Below are positions 16,810 through 26,900 of a DNA stretch of 64,000 nt, one piece after another. The stretch comes from Deltaproteobacteria bacterium (GTDB lineage Bacteria; Myxococcota_A; Polyangia; Fen-1088), in the NCBI GenBank assembly GCA_033763315.1, contig JANRKS010000016.1:223408-287407 (forward strand), read 5' to 3'. Position 1 is the first letter of the stretch. The number at the start of each line of letters is the position of its first letter. The notes beneath the pieces are model-generated. The model had not been told where the DNA came from. It searched no databases and saw only the letters and a list, made by a program, of their open reading frames with translations. A program made the position numbers and the translations under genes.

Positions 16810-19800
16810 TTGGCTTCGCAAGTTTCTGAACTTCTCGAAAAATGGCGTCGCGTCGGCGTGCAACTGCGCGCCGAGAACGGCAACATTGTGGTGGCGGGCA
16901 AAAAGGGCGCCCTGACCGCCGAGATTGCGTCGGAAATCAAACTCAACAAGGCCGAGCTGCTCACGTTCTTGGGCCAAGCCGACGCGGCGGCGCTCGACAA
17001 CGCGGGGCAGATCGAGCCCGCGCCGCGCAACCGCAGCCTGCCTTTGTCGTCCGCGCAGCACCGGCTTTGGTACATCGACCTGCTGGTGCCGGGCTCCTCG
17101 GCCTACAACATCCCGCTGATCGTGGATCTGCCGGGTGAGTTGGATGTGCCCGCCTTGGCCACCGCCATCAACGCCGTGATCGCGCGGCATGAGTCGCTGC
17201 GCACCACCTTCGCTTTGGACACCGACGGCGAGCCACGGCAGGTGATTGCGCCCGCCATCACGCGCGCGCTGCCGCTTGAGGACTTGTCTGGGTTGCCGGT
17301 CGAGGAACGCGACGCGGCCGCCGACCGCTGGCTGCAAGCGTGGTCGCGCGAGCCGTTCGACTTAGCCACGGGTCCGCTGTTGCGGCTGGGGCTCGTGCGG
17401 CTGGGCCCCACATCGCACGTATTGGCGGTGGTGGCCCACCACATCATCTACGACGGCCTTTCGCACGAGATCTTCATGCGCGAGTTGGCGATGTATTACC
17501 GCCACGCTGTCACGGGCAACGGGCCACTGCCTGAACCGCTGCCGATTCAATACGCCGACTATGCCGTGTGGCAGCGCCGCGCCCACGCCGACATTCATTT
17601 GGCCTTCTGGAAGGATTACCTGCGTGGGCCCCTGCCAGTGCTGGATCTGCCAACGATAGGGCCACGCCCCGCGGTGCAAACGTCCACCGGCGCCGTGGTG
17701 GATTTTATGTTACCCAACGCCATCGCTGAGGCATTGGCAGCCGAAGCACGAAAGAACGGCGCCACGTTCTTCATGTTGATCTTGGCTGCATGGAAAGCGG
17801 CGCTGGCACGCTTTAGTGGCCAAGACGATCTGATCGTGGGAACACCAATCGCCAACCGCCCCCGCCGCGAGACGGAAGCCATCATCGGCTTTTTCGCCAA
17901 CACGTTGGTGGTGCGCACCTCGCTGGCCGATGATCCCACGTTCACAGACGTCCTGGATCGCGTGCGCAAAGCCTGTTTGGCGGCGTTCTCGCATCAAGAA
18001 ACGCCGTTCGATAGTTTGGTCAAAGCCGTAAACCCCGTACGCGACACGAGCCGCACGCCGATTTATCAAACGATGTTTGCGATGGACGACGCCGCACCCG
18101 TGCCGTCTGCCGCAGAGCCTGGCGCGCTGAACATTGGTGGCCAACGCATCGGCAGCACAGGTTCCGCGCAAACGGACATCAGCTTGTCGTCACGCCGCAT
18201 GGGTGCGGGCCTGCGTTTTGCGATCGATTACAACGTCGATTTATACGAACGTGCGTTGGTTGAACAACTGGCGGGCGCGCTGCGCTTGATTCTGGAGCAC
18301 GTGGCGGCAGGCCACAACGCCAAGCTGTCTGAGTTGCCCGTGCTTACCCCACAGGCGCGTGACGAGCTGTTGCGCACGTTGTTCCCGGCGCCGTCGCCTT
18401 ACCCTGACAAAGCGCTGCACCAGTGGTTCGAAGAACAAGCCGCACAAAAGCCGCAAAAGGTGGCATTGCGCTGTGGTGATGAAACGCTGACGTTCGCCCA
18501 GCTTGAAGAACGCGCCAACCAAGTGGCGCATCAACTGCAAAGTTTGGGCGTGGGCCCGGAAAGCCGCGTGGCGGTGGCGGTGCCGCGATCGCTCAATCTC
18601 GTGGTGGCCTTGTTCGGCGTGTTGAAGGCCGGTGGCGCTTATGTGCCGCTTGATCCAGGATACCCAAGCGATCGCTTGGCGCATATGCTCGAGGATTCGC
18701 AGGCCACCGTGCTGGTGGTGGCGGATGGCACGAGCGGCTTGTTGCCTGACACCAGCGTGACACGTCTGTGCTTGGATAACGATGCCGGTGCGATTGCCGC
18801 GCGGCCAAACACGCGCCCTGCAGTTGCGTTTGCCCCTGCGCAATTGGCTTACGTGATCTACACGTCGGGATCCACGGGCAAGCCCAAGGGCGTGATGCTT
18901 GAGCATCGCAACACGGCGAACTTGTTTGTGGCGTTGGCCGAACAGCTGCAAGGCGGTGGCGTATGGTTTGCCGACACCAGCGTGTCGTTCGATATTTCAG
19001 TGCTTGAGTTGTTCGGCGCCTTGGGCCACGGCTTCGAGGTGGTGCTGCGCAAAGATCGATTGGCCGCGGGCGAAGATCTGCCCACACTATTTGCGCGTTT
19101 TGGTGTGACGCACTTTCAATGCACGCCTTCGCAGGTCAGCTTGCTGCTGGCCGATGCAGCTGGTTGCCAGGCGCTGGCGCAGCTTAAACAATTGATCGTG
19201 GGCGGTGAAGCGTTGCCACCGGCCTTGCTGGGCGGCCTGCGCGAACACCTTACCGGCCGTCTGTTTAATGATTATGGCCCCACGGAAACCACGGTGTGGT
19301 CAACCGCGATCGAACTGCCGCACGTGATGAACCCCGTTCCGATCGGTCGCCCCATCGCCAATACGCGCGCCTACGTGTTGGACGCCAAGGGCGCTTTGCT
19401 GCCGCGTGGGGTGATCGGTGAGCTGTGGCTTGCGGGCGCGGGTGTGGCGCGGGGATACCACAACCGCCCTGACTTGAACGAAGAACGGTTCGTGCCCGAT
19501 GTGTTCGCACATGAGCTTGGCATCGCACCACCCGGCCGCATGTATGCCACTGGCGATAAGGTGCGTTGGCGCGCCGATGGCACGCTTGAATACCGCGGGC
19601 GCGGCGATGCACAAGTGAAGATTCGCGGTCACCGCATTGAGCTTGGTGAAATCGAAAATGCATTGCGCGCGTGCGCCGGCGTGGAAGAAGCCGCCGTGAT
19701 CGTGCGCGAAGATTCGCCTGGTCTGCCTCGCATCGTCGCTTTTGTGACCACCGACAAGAAGCACGCCGATAACGTCACCGATTTGCGCGGCGCACTCAAA

Positions 19801-20994
19801 GCGCACTTGCCTGACGTGATGATTCCCGAAGCAATCGCACGCGTCGAGCGAATGCCCAAAACGCCCAACGGCAAAGTGGATCGCCGCGCTTTGTTGAACA
19901 TGGACGTGCCGCTTGCTCGCAGTGGCACGCCCACGGAGCGACCACGCAACGCGGTTGAAGCGGCGCTGGCTTCGGCGTTCGCCAGCGTGTTGCAACTGCC
20001 TGCGGTTGGCATCAACCAAAACTTCTTTGAATTGGGGGGCCACTCGTTGTTGGTGGTGAGCCTCGTGCGGCTGCTGCGCGATCAAAATGGCATCGAGATG
20101 TCGTTGGGCGCCTTGTTCGCGGCGCCCACCGTGGCCGACCTTGCCAAGCACGTGATGGCGGGCGACGTGAGTGCCCTTGATGGTTCTGTGGTGCCATTGC
20201 GCCGAACCGGAACGAACCTGCCCTTCTTTTGTATTTGCGGCATTCAGCTTTACCAGCCTTTGGTCAACGCGTTGGGTGAAGGGCAACCGGCATTCGGCGT
20301 GTTCGTGCCGGCTGAAGTCCGCGTGCTCACGGACGCCAAAGCACCGAAGACCTTGCAGGTGCGAAAACTGGCCGCCGATTACGTGCGTGTGATCCGGCGT
20401 CAGCAGGCACACGGGCCCTACTGCTTGGGCGGCATTTCGTTTGGCGGCGTGTTGGCGTTCGAGATCGCGCATCAGTTGGTGGCCGCCGGGGAAGAAGTGC
20501 GCGTATTGGCGTTATTCGATACGGTGTTACCGCGCGGCCTCACCTTCGCCGCCACGTCGTGGCTTACCGGGCATCTGAAACGTTTCGCCAAAGAAAGCCC
20601 GTGGCAGCGCATTGAACAACGACTGCGCCGCAGCGAGATCTCCACCGCCGAGAAGGACGAAGGGTTTTTCGGCAACGTCGAAGAGTTGGCAGAACTGCGC
20701 GAGAAGCTTTACTTAAAGGCGATGCAGGACTACGACCCCACGATCAAGCCGTTCCCAGGCAAGGGATTGCTGTTTCGAGCGCAAAACCAAGACGCATTCA
20801 TCGGTTACGAGATCGACAAAGCGTGTGGGTGGGGCGGCCTGTTTGAGCGCGGCCTCGACGTGCACACGGTGCCTGGCGATCACATCGGCATTATCAGCGA
20901 GGAGAACGTGGGGGCGCTGGCCTCAACTTTGCGTCGCCAGCTGGACGTCGCAAGTTCCAATACCCCTCGATACGAGCCCGGACAACAAAAATGA
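16810..20994 (+). CDS. NRPS termination module: TubC-type N-terminal docking domain-C-A(Gly-like)-PCP-TE
   Basis: N-terminal GVQLRAENGNI...K.NKAELL.FL; C domain HHIIYDG; A domain YTSGSTGKPKG, FDISVLE, YGPTETT, PKTPNGKVDR; PCP FFELGGHSLL; TE GISFGG and PGDH. Confidence 0.95.
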   Translation: MASQVSELLEKWRRVGVQLRAENGNIVVAGKKGALTAEIASEIKLNKAELLTFLGQADAAALDNAGQIEPAPRNRSLPLSSAQHRLWYIDLLVPGSSAYNIPLIVDLPGELDVPALATAINAVIARHESLRTTFALDTDGEPRQVIAPAITRALPLEDLSGLPVEERDAAADRWLQAWSREPFDLATGPLLRLGLVRLGPTSHVLAVVAHHIIYDGLSHEIFMRELAMYYRHAVTGNGPLPEPLPIQYADYAVWQRRAHADIHLAFWKDYLRGPLPVLDLPTIGPRPAVQTSTGAVVDFMLPNAIAEALAAEARKNGATFFMLILAAWKAALARFSGQDDLIVGTPIANRPRRETEAIIGFFANTLVVRTSLADDPTFTDVLDRVRKACLAAFSHQETPFDSLVKAVNPVRDTSRTPIYQTMFAMDDAAPVPSAAEPGALNIGGQRIGSTGSAQTDISLSSRRMGAGLRFAIDYNVDLYERALVEQLAGALRLILEHVAAGHNAKLSELPVLTPQARDELLRTLFPAPSPYPDKALHQWFEEQAAQKPQKVALRCGDETLTFAQLEERANQVAHQLQSLGVGPESRVAVAVPRSLNLVVALFGVLKAGGAYVPLDPGYPSDRLAHMLEDSQATVLVVADGTSGLLPDTSVTRLCLDNDAGAIAARPNTRPAVAFAPAQLAYVIYTSGSTGKPKGVMLEHRNTANLFVALAEQLQGGGVWFADTSVSFDISVLELFGALGHGFEVVLRKDRLAAGEDLPTLFARFGVTHFQCTPSQVSLLLADAAGCQALAQLKQLIVGGEALPPALLGGLREHLTGRLFNDYGPTETTVWSTAIELPHVMNPVPIGRPIANTRAYVLDAKGALLPRGVIGELWLAGAGVARGYHNRPDLNEERFVPDVFAHELGIAPPGRMYATGDKVRWRADGTLEYRGRGDAQVKIRGHRIELGEIENALRACAGVEEAAVIVREDSPGLPRIVAFVTTDKKHADNVTDLRGALKAHLPDVMIPEAIARVERMPKTPNGKVDRRALLNMDVPLARSGTPTERPRNAVEAALASAFASVLQLPAVGINQNFFELGGHSLLVVSLVRLLRDQNGIEMSLGALFAAPTVADLAKHVMAGDVSALDGSVVPLRRTGTNLPFFCICGIQLYQPLVNALGEGQPAFGVFVPAEVRVLTDAKAPKTLQVRKLAADYVRVIRRQQAHGPYCLGGISFGGVLAFEIAHQLVAAGEEVRVLALFDTVLPRGLTFAATSWLTGHLKRFAKESPWQRIEQRLRRSEISTAEKDEGFFGNVEELAELREKLYLKAMQDYDPTIKPFPGKGLLFRAQNQDAFIGYEIDKACGWGGLFERGLDVHTVPGDHIGIISEENVGALASTLRRQLDVASSNTPRYEPGQQK

Positions 20995-23900
20995 CGAACA
21001 ACGTTTCTGGTGGGACCACGATGATCAACGAACAAGGACCCTTGGCGCCTTACCCGAAGGCTCAAAGTCTGGCCGCGCTGTTCACCCAGGCCGCGATTTC
21101 CGCGCCTAATGCCGTGGCCTTGGTGTTGCCCACGTCAGCGGGCGTCACGCGGGTCACATACGCCGAACTAGAATCGCGATCGAACAAGTTGGCGGCTGAA
21201 CTGCTCAACCGTGGCGTCAAACCGGGGGCGTGTGTGGCGTTGTGCTTAAGCCGCAGCATCGAGACGATTGTGGGGATCTTGGGGGCGATCAAGGCGCGCG
21301 CGGCGTATCTACCGCTTGATCCGGCGTACCCTGCCGAACGTTTGCGTTTCATGCTGGATGACGCTGGCGCGAAAATCGTGCTGACCGATCCCGCGGGCCT
21401 CGCGCGCGTGCCCAGCCACGGCGGCGAAACGCTGACGCTTGAACCCGGTTGGGGTGCGGGTGCGCCCGTCAATGTGGTTCTGCCACAAGGCTCGGGCGAT
21501 GACGTGGCTTACGTCATGTACACCTCGGGCACCACCGGCACGCCCAAGGGTGTGGTGGTGCCACATCACGCCGTGAGCCGGCTGGTGCTGAACAATTGGT
21601 TCACGCCGATCGACAACCGCAGTGTGTTTTTGCAGCTGGCGCCCATATCGTTTGATGCGGCGACGTTGGAGATCTGGGGGCCGTTGCTCAACGGCGGCAC
21701 TTGTGTGCTTTACCCCGGCAGCGGTGTGCCTGACTTTGATGACTTGGGTCGCATCTTGCGTAAACACGACGTCACGCACTTGTGGCTCACGGCATCGCTG
21801 TTTAACTTGATCATCGATGAGCGGCCGGCGGCGCTCGGTTCCGTGCGCGAATTGTTAACGGGTGGCGAGGCGTTGAGCGTGCCACACATTCGCCGGGCGT
21901 TGACGTTACTCCCCAACACCCAATTGGTGAACGGGTATGGCCCCACCGAGAGCACCACATTTGCCTGCTGCTATCGCATTCCGCGCACCTTGCCCGATAA
22001 TTTGTCGTCGATTCCCATTGGCACGCCCATCGCGAACACCGCCGTTTATGTGCTGGATGAACAAGGAAAGCCTGTGGGCGTGGGCGTTCCTGGCGAGCTG
22101 TGCATCGGCGGCGACGGGTTGGCGCAAGGGTATTGGAAACGCGAACAATTGACGACCGAGCGCTTCATTATGGGCCCCGTGAGTGCTTCGAAGCCGCAGC
22201 GGCTTTACCGTACGGGTGATCGCGTGCAGTGGAAGCCCGATGGCACAATTGAATTTCTGGGACGCTTCGACGATCAGGTGAAGATCCGCGGGCATCGTAT
22301 TGAGTTGGGCGAAGTGGCGGCCGTGCTGTTGCAGCACCCGCAAGTGGAAAACGCGGTGGCGATCATTCGTGAGGATAAGCCTGGTGATCGGCGGCTCACG
22401 GCCTATATCACGGCCAAAGACGGGGGCGCACCCACGGCGGGCGCGCTGCGATCATTTATGGAAACGCGGGTGCCCGATCACTTGATCCCGGGGGCGTTCG
22501 TGGTACTGCCGCGACTGCCACTGACCGCAAACGGCAAGGTCGATAGGGCCGCGTTGCCAGCGCCAAGTGGGCAACGCCCTGAACTCGGCGCGCCCTTCGT
22601 GGCGCCGCGCACACCGCTTGAACAGCGGCTGGCGTCGTTGTGGTCCGAGCTGCTGGGCGTAGACGCTGTGGGCGTGCACGATCGCTTCTTTGAGCTCGGT
22701 GGCACGTCGATTTTGGCCGCGCGGTTCATTGAGATCTTGTCACGCCAGTTGGGCCATTCGATTCCGTTGGTGGCGCTGTTCGACGCGCCCACCGTCGCGC
22801 AAATTGTCCAGGTGCTGGTCAATGATTTCCCACAGGTTGTTGCGGCGCACTTTGATTTGGACGCCGAACGTGCGGTGGCCAATGACAGCGCCCGCGCCAA
22901 GCGACGGCAGCGTACCAACGATGGCGGTCGTGTGGAAATCGCCGTCGTGGGCCTCGGTGGCCGCTTCCCGAAGGCACCTGATCTGCAAACTTTCTGGCGC
23001 AACCTGGTGGAAGGCAAAGAGGGCGTGGTGGCAATCACGGCCGAGGATTTGATCGCACTTGGAAAAGATCCCGCGCTGCTTTCGAACCCTGACTATGTTC
23101 CGGCCACTTTCGCCCTTGAAGACGTGGAGAACTTCGACGCGAGCTTTTTTGGGTTTTCGCCACGCGAAGCCGAGGTGATGGATCCGCAGCTGCGTTTGTT
23201 TGTGGAAACCGCGTGGACCACGCTTGAGCACGCTGGTTACGATCCCGCGCAATACAAAGGCCGCATTGGCGTGTTCGGTGGCGTGGGGCGCAATTCGTAT
23301 TTGATGAATCACTTGGCGCCACACCCGCATTACCGCGAGATGTTGCACGAGTATCACATGCTGGTGGGCAACGAACGTGACTTCCCCACAACGCATGCGT
23401 CTTACCGCTTGAACCTCACGGGACCATCGGTGGATGTGCAAACGGCGTGTTCCACGTCGGGTGTGGCCATTCACCTCGCTTGCCAAAGTCTGCGCGCAGG
23501 CGACAGCGATATGGCGTTGGTGGGCGGCTGCAAAGTCATCTGCCCCAACCGCGAAGGCTATCATTACGTCGAAGGTGGCCCGTTGGCGCCCGAAGGCCAC
23601 ATCCGCGCGTTCAGCGATGACGCCAACGGCATGGTGCGTGGCAGTGGTTCGGCAATGCTGTTGCTAAAGCGTTTGGACGACGCGCTGGCCGACGGTGACA
23701 CCATCTATGGTCTCATCAAAGGCAGCGCCCTCAACAACGACGGCTCGGATAAGATTGGCTTCACCGCGCCCAGCGTGCGTGGCCAAGCCGAAGTCATCCG
23801 TGAAGCGTTGGAAGACGCGGGTGTCACGGCTGAAGAGATCAGTTATGTGGAAGCGCACGGCACAGGCACGAAGATGGGCGATCCGATCGAGATCGCCGGC

Positions 23901-26900
23901 CTCACGCGCGCTTACCGAGAAACCACGCAAGCCAAAGGCTACTGCGCGATTGGTTCGGTGAAAACCAACATCGGACACTTGGACGCGGGCGCAACGGCGG
24001 CGGGCGTCGTGAAAACGTTGCTGGCAATGACACATGAGCAGCTGCCGGCCAGCCTCAACTTCCGGGCGCCGAACCCTGAGATCGATTTTCCAAACTCGCC
24101 GTTCTATGTGAATGCGAAGCTAACGCCCTGGAAACGCGGAGCGAAGCCGCGCCGTGCAGGCGTGAGTTCGTTCGGTTTGGGCGGCACCAACGCGCACATC
24201 ATCTTGGAAGAGGCGCCGCCTTTGGCACCCACAAGCCCAGGGCGCGCGGATGAGCTGCTGGTGCTGTCGGCGCGCAGTGAAGCGGCGCTTGAAGCCGCCA
24301 CCGATCGGCTGGCCGCTTTCTTAAGCGAATCGCCGCACACGCCGTTGGCGGACGTTGCGCACACCTTGCAGCAAGGGCGCCGTGCGTTCACCTTTCGGCG
24401 GGCGCTTGCGGTGCAAACAACGGAAGACGCCGTGGTTTGCTTGCGCGGACGCGACAGAGCACGCTTGATCAGCGGCCCTCCCGTCACGGTGGCGCCCGAG
24501 GTGGCGTTCATGTTCCCGGGTGGCGGCGCGCAATACGCGAACATGGCGCGCGGCCTTTATGAAGCTGAAGCCGTGTTCCGTGCCGAGGTGGACGCGTGCG
24601 CCGCGATCTTGCAGCCGATCTTGGGTTTGGACATCCGCACGTTGATGTTCCCGCAGGGTGATGTGCAGGCCGCTTCGCAAAAGCTTGAAACGCCGTCGTT
24701 GGCGTTGCCAGCCTTGTTCACCACAGAGTATGCGCTGGCGCGGTTGTGGATGTCGTTCGGCGTTCGTCCCACGGCGCTCATCGGTCACAGCATGGGCGAA
24801 TACACGGCCGCATGTTTGGCGGGCGTGATGACGTTGGAAGATGGTTTGGCGTTGGTAAGCTGCCGCGGCCGGCTGTTCGAGAAGCTGCCCGCCGGTGGCA
24901 TGTTGAGCGTGCCGCTCGGCGAAGCGGAAGCGCGCAAACACTTAGGCGATGGCATCGACATCGCGGCCGTGAACCGCCCCAACCAATGTGTGGCTTCGGG
25001 CTCTGTCGAAGCGATCGACGCCGCCAAGAAACAACTGGACGCGGCAGGCATCGAATCGACGCGCATTCACATCAACGTGGCGGCGCACTCGCGGGTGGTG
25101 GAACCCATCTTGGAAGAGTTCCGCGCGTTCTTGCGCACGATCAAGCTTGCAGCGCCGCGCTTGCCAATCATCTCGAACACCACCGGCGCCGTGCTTACGG
25201 ATGCCGAGGCGATCGACACAGAATACTGGGCGCGGCACTTGCGCCACACGGTGCAGTTTTCGCAAGGGCTGCAAACGTTATTGACGCGCGGGCAATTTGC
25301 TTTGGTGGAAGTGGGCCCGGGCCAAACGCTGAGCACGTTTGCGCGCCAGCATCCCGCACGCACGCCGACCACCGCCGTGGTCTCGTCGCTGCGGCACCCG
25401 CAAGAGTCGCTGCCCGATGGCCGCTTCTTGGCCAGCGCGTTGGGCAAGTTGTGGGTGGCCGGCGTGCAGATCGATTGGACCGGTTACCGTAAAGGCCAAA
25501 AACGTCGACGGGTGGGCCTGCCCACGTATCCGTTCGAGCGCAAGCGGCACTGGGTGGACGCGAAGCCGTTTGTGAGCAACGCGGTGCCGGCTCAAGTGGC
25601 CGCGCCAGCGCTCCCAGCACCTGCGCTTGCGGCGCCCGCACCCGTCGCTGCGGCACCGGCGCCCGCGCCCTCGGGCTTGCCGCGCAAAGATCGCATCATC
25701 GCGGAACTGCAGCGCATCGTCTCTGATCTCAGCGGTTTGCCCGCAGCGTCCATCGATCCCAATGCAACGTTCTTGGAATTGGGCTTCGATTCGTTGTTCC
25801 TCACGCAAGCCAATGGCCAATTCCGCAGCGTGTTCGGTGTGCCGATGACTGTGCGGCAACTGCTTGAGAAAACACCCTCGCTGGGCGCCTTGGCCGCGCG
25901 GCTCGACGCCGAGTTGCCCGCCACCGCCTTTCCCGAAGAAGCGCCTGCGCCCGCCGCTGCGCCCGTGGCGTTGGCCCCAGGGGGCGCCGCGCCCGCAGGA
26001 CTTGAAGGCATAATGCAAGCGTTGATGGCGCTGCAGTCACAGGTGCTGGCGCTGGCTGGCGGCGCGCCCGCCGCTGCGCCTGCGCCCGCGGCGGCGAAAC
26101 CCGCAGCTACCACGGCTCCGGCGGCAGCGGCTCCCGACAAGACCAGCCCGTGGCAGCCCGTGCAAAAGGCCGCCGCTGGTTCCAGCGATGGCCTCACAGA
26201 TCGGCAACGCGCCCACCTAAAAGACTTGATGGCGCGCGTGCAGGCACGCACACCTGAATCAAAGCGCCTCACCGCGCTTAACCGCCCGCATCTGAGCGAT
26301 CCGCGCACCGTGCAAGGCTTCCGCAAGATGTGGAAGGACATGGTGTACCCCATCTTCTCTGATCGCGCGCAAGGCTCGCGCATATGGGATCTGGACGGCA
26401 ACGAGTACATCGATCTTGTGAGCGGTTACGGTGTGACGTTCTTCGGCCACACGCCCGACTTCATTATCCGCGAAGTGGAAGCGCAGCTGCGCAAGACGGT
26501 GGCGATTGGTCCACAAACGCCGCTGGCGGGCGAAGTCACCAAGATGGTGTGTGAAATGGTGGGCATGGATCGCGCCGCGCTTTGCAACACGGGATCTGAA
26601 GCCGTTCTTGCGGCCATTCGCATGGCACGCACGGTGACCGGCAAGCGTCGCTTGGCAACGTTCTCCGGCCACTACCACGGCATCTTTGACGAAGTGCTCG
26701 TCAAAGGCGTGAACGTGCGCGGTGAACGCAAAGCCTTGCCGATCTCGCCAGGCATCCGCGCCGACGTTGTGGCCGACGTGTTGGTTTTGGATTACGGCGA
26801 CTTCAAGTGCCTGGATCAAATCCGCGCCAAAGCGTCTGAATTGGCGTTGGTCATGGTTGAGCCCGTTCGCAGCCGCAACCCCAACAATCAACCCGTTGAA

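Noticed and set aside
25580-26140. GC-rich quasi-repeats (also near 8450-8680 and 35560-35700)
   Set aside because: They encode Ala/Pro- or Gly-rich interdomain linkers and are not independent DNA repeat elements.
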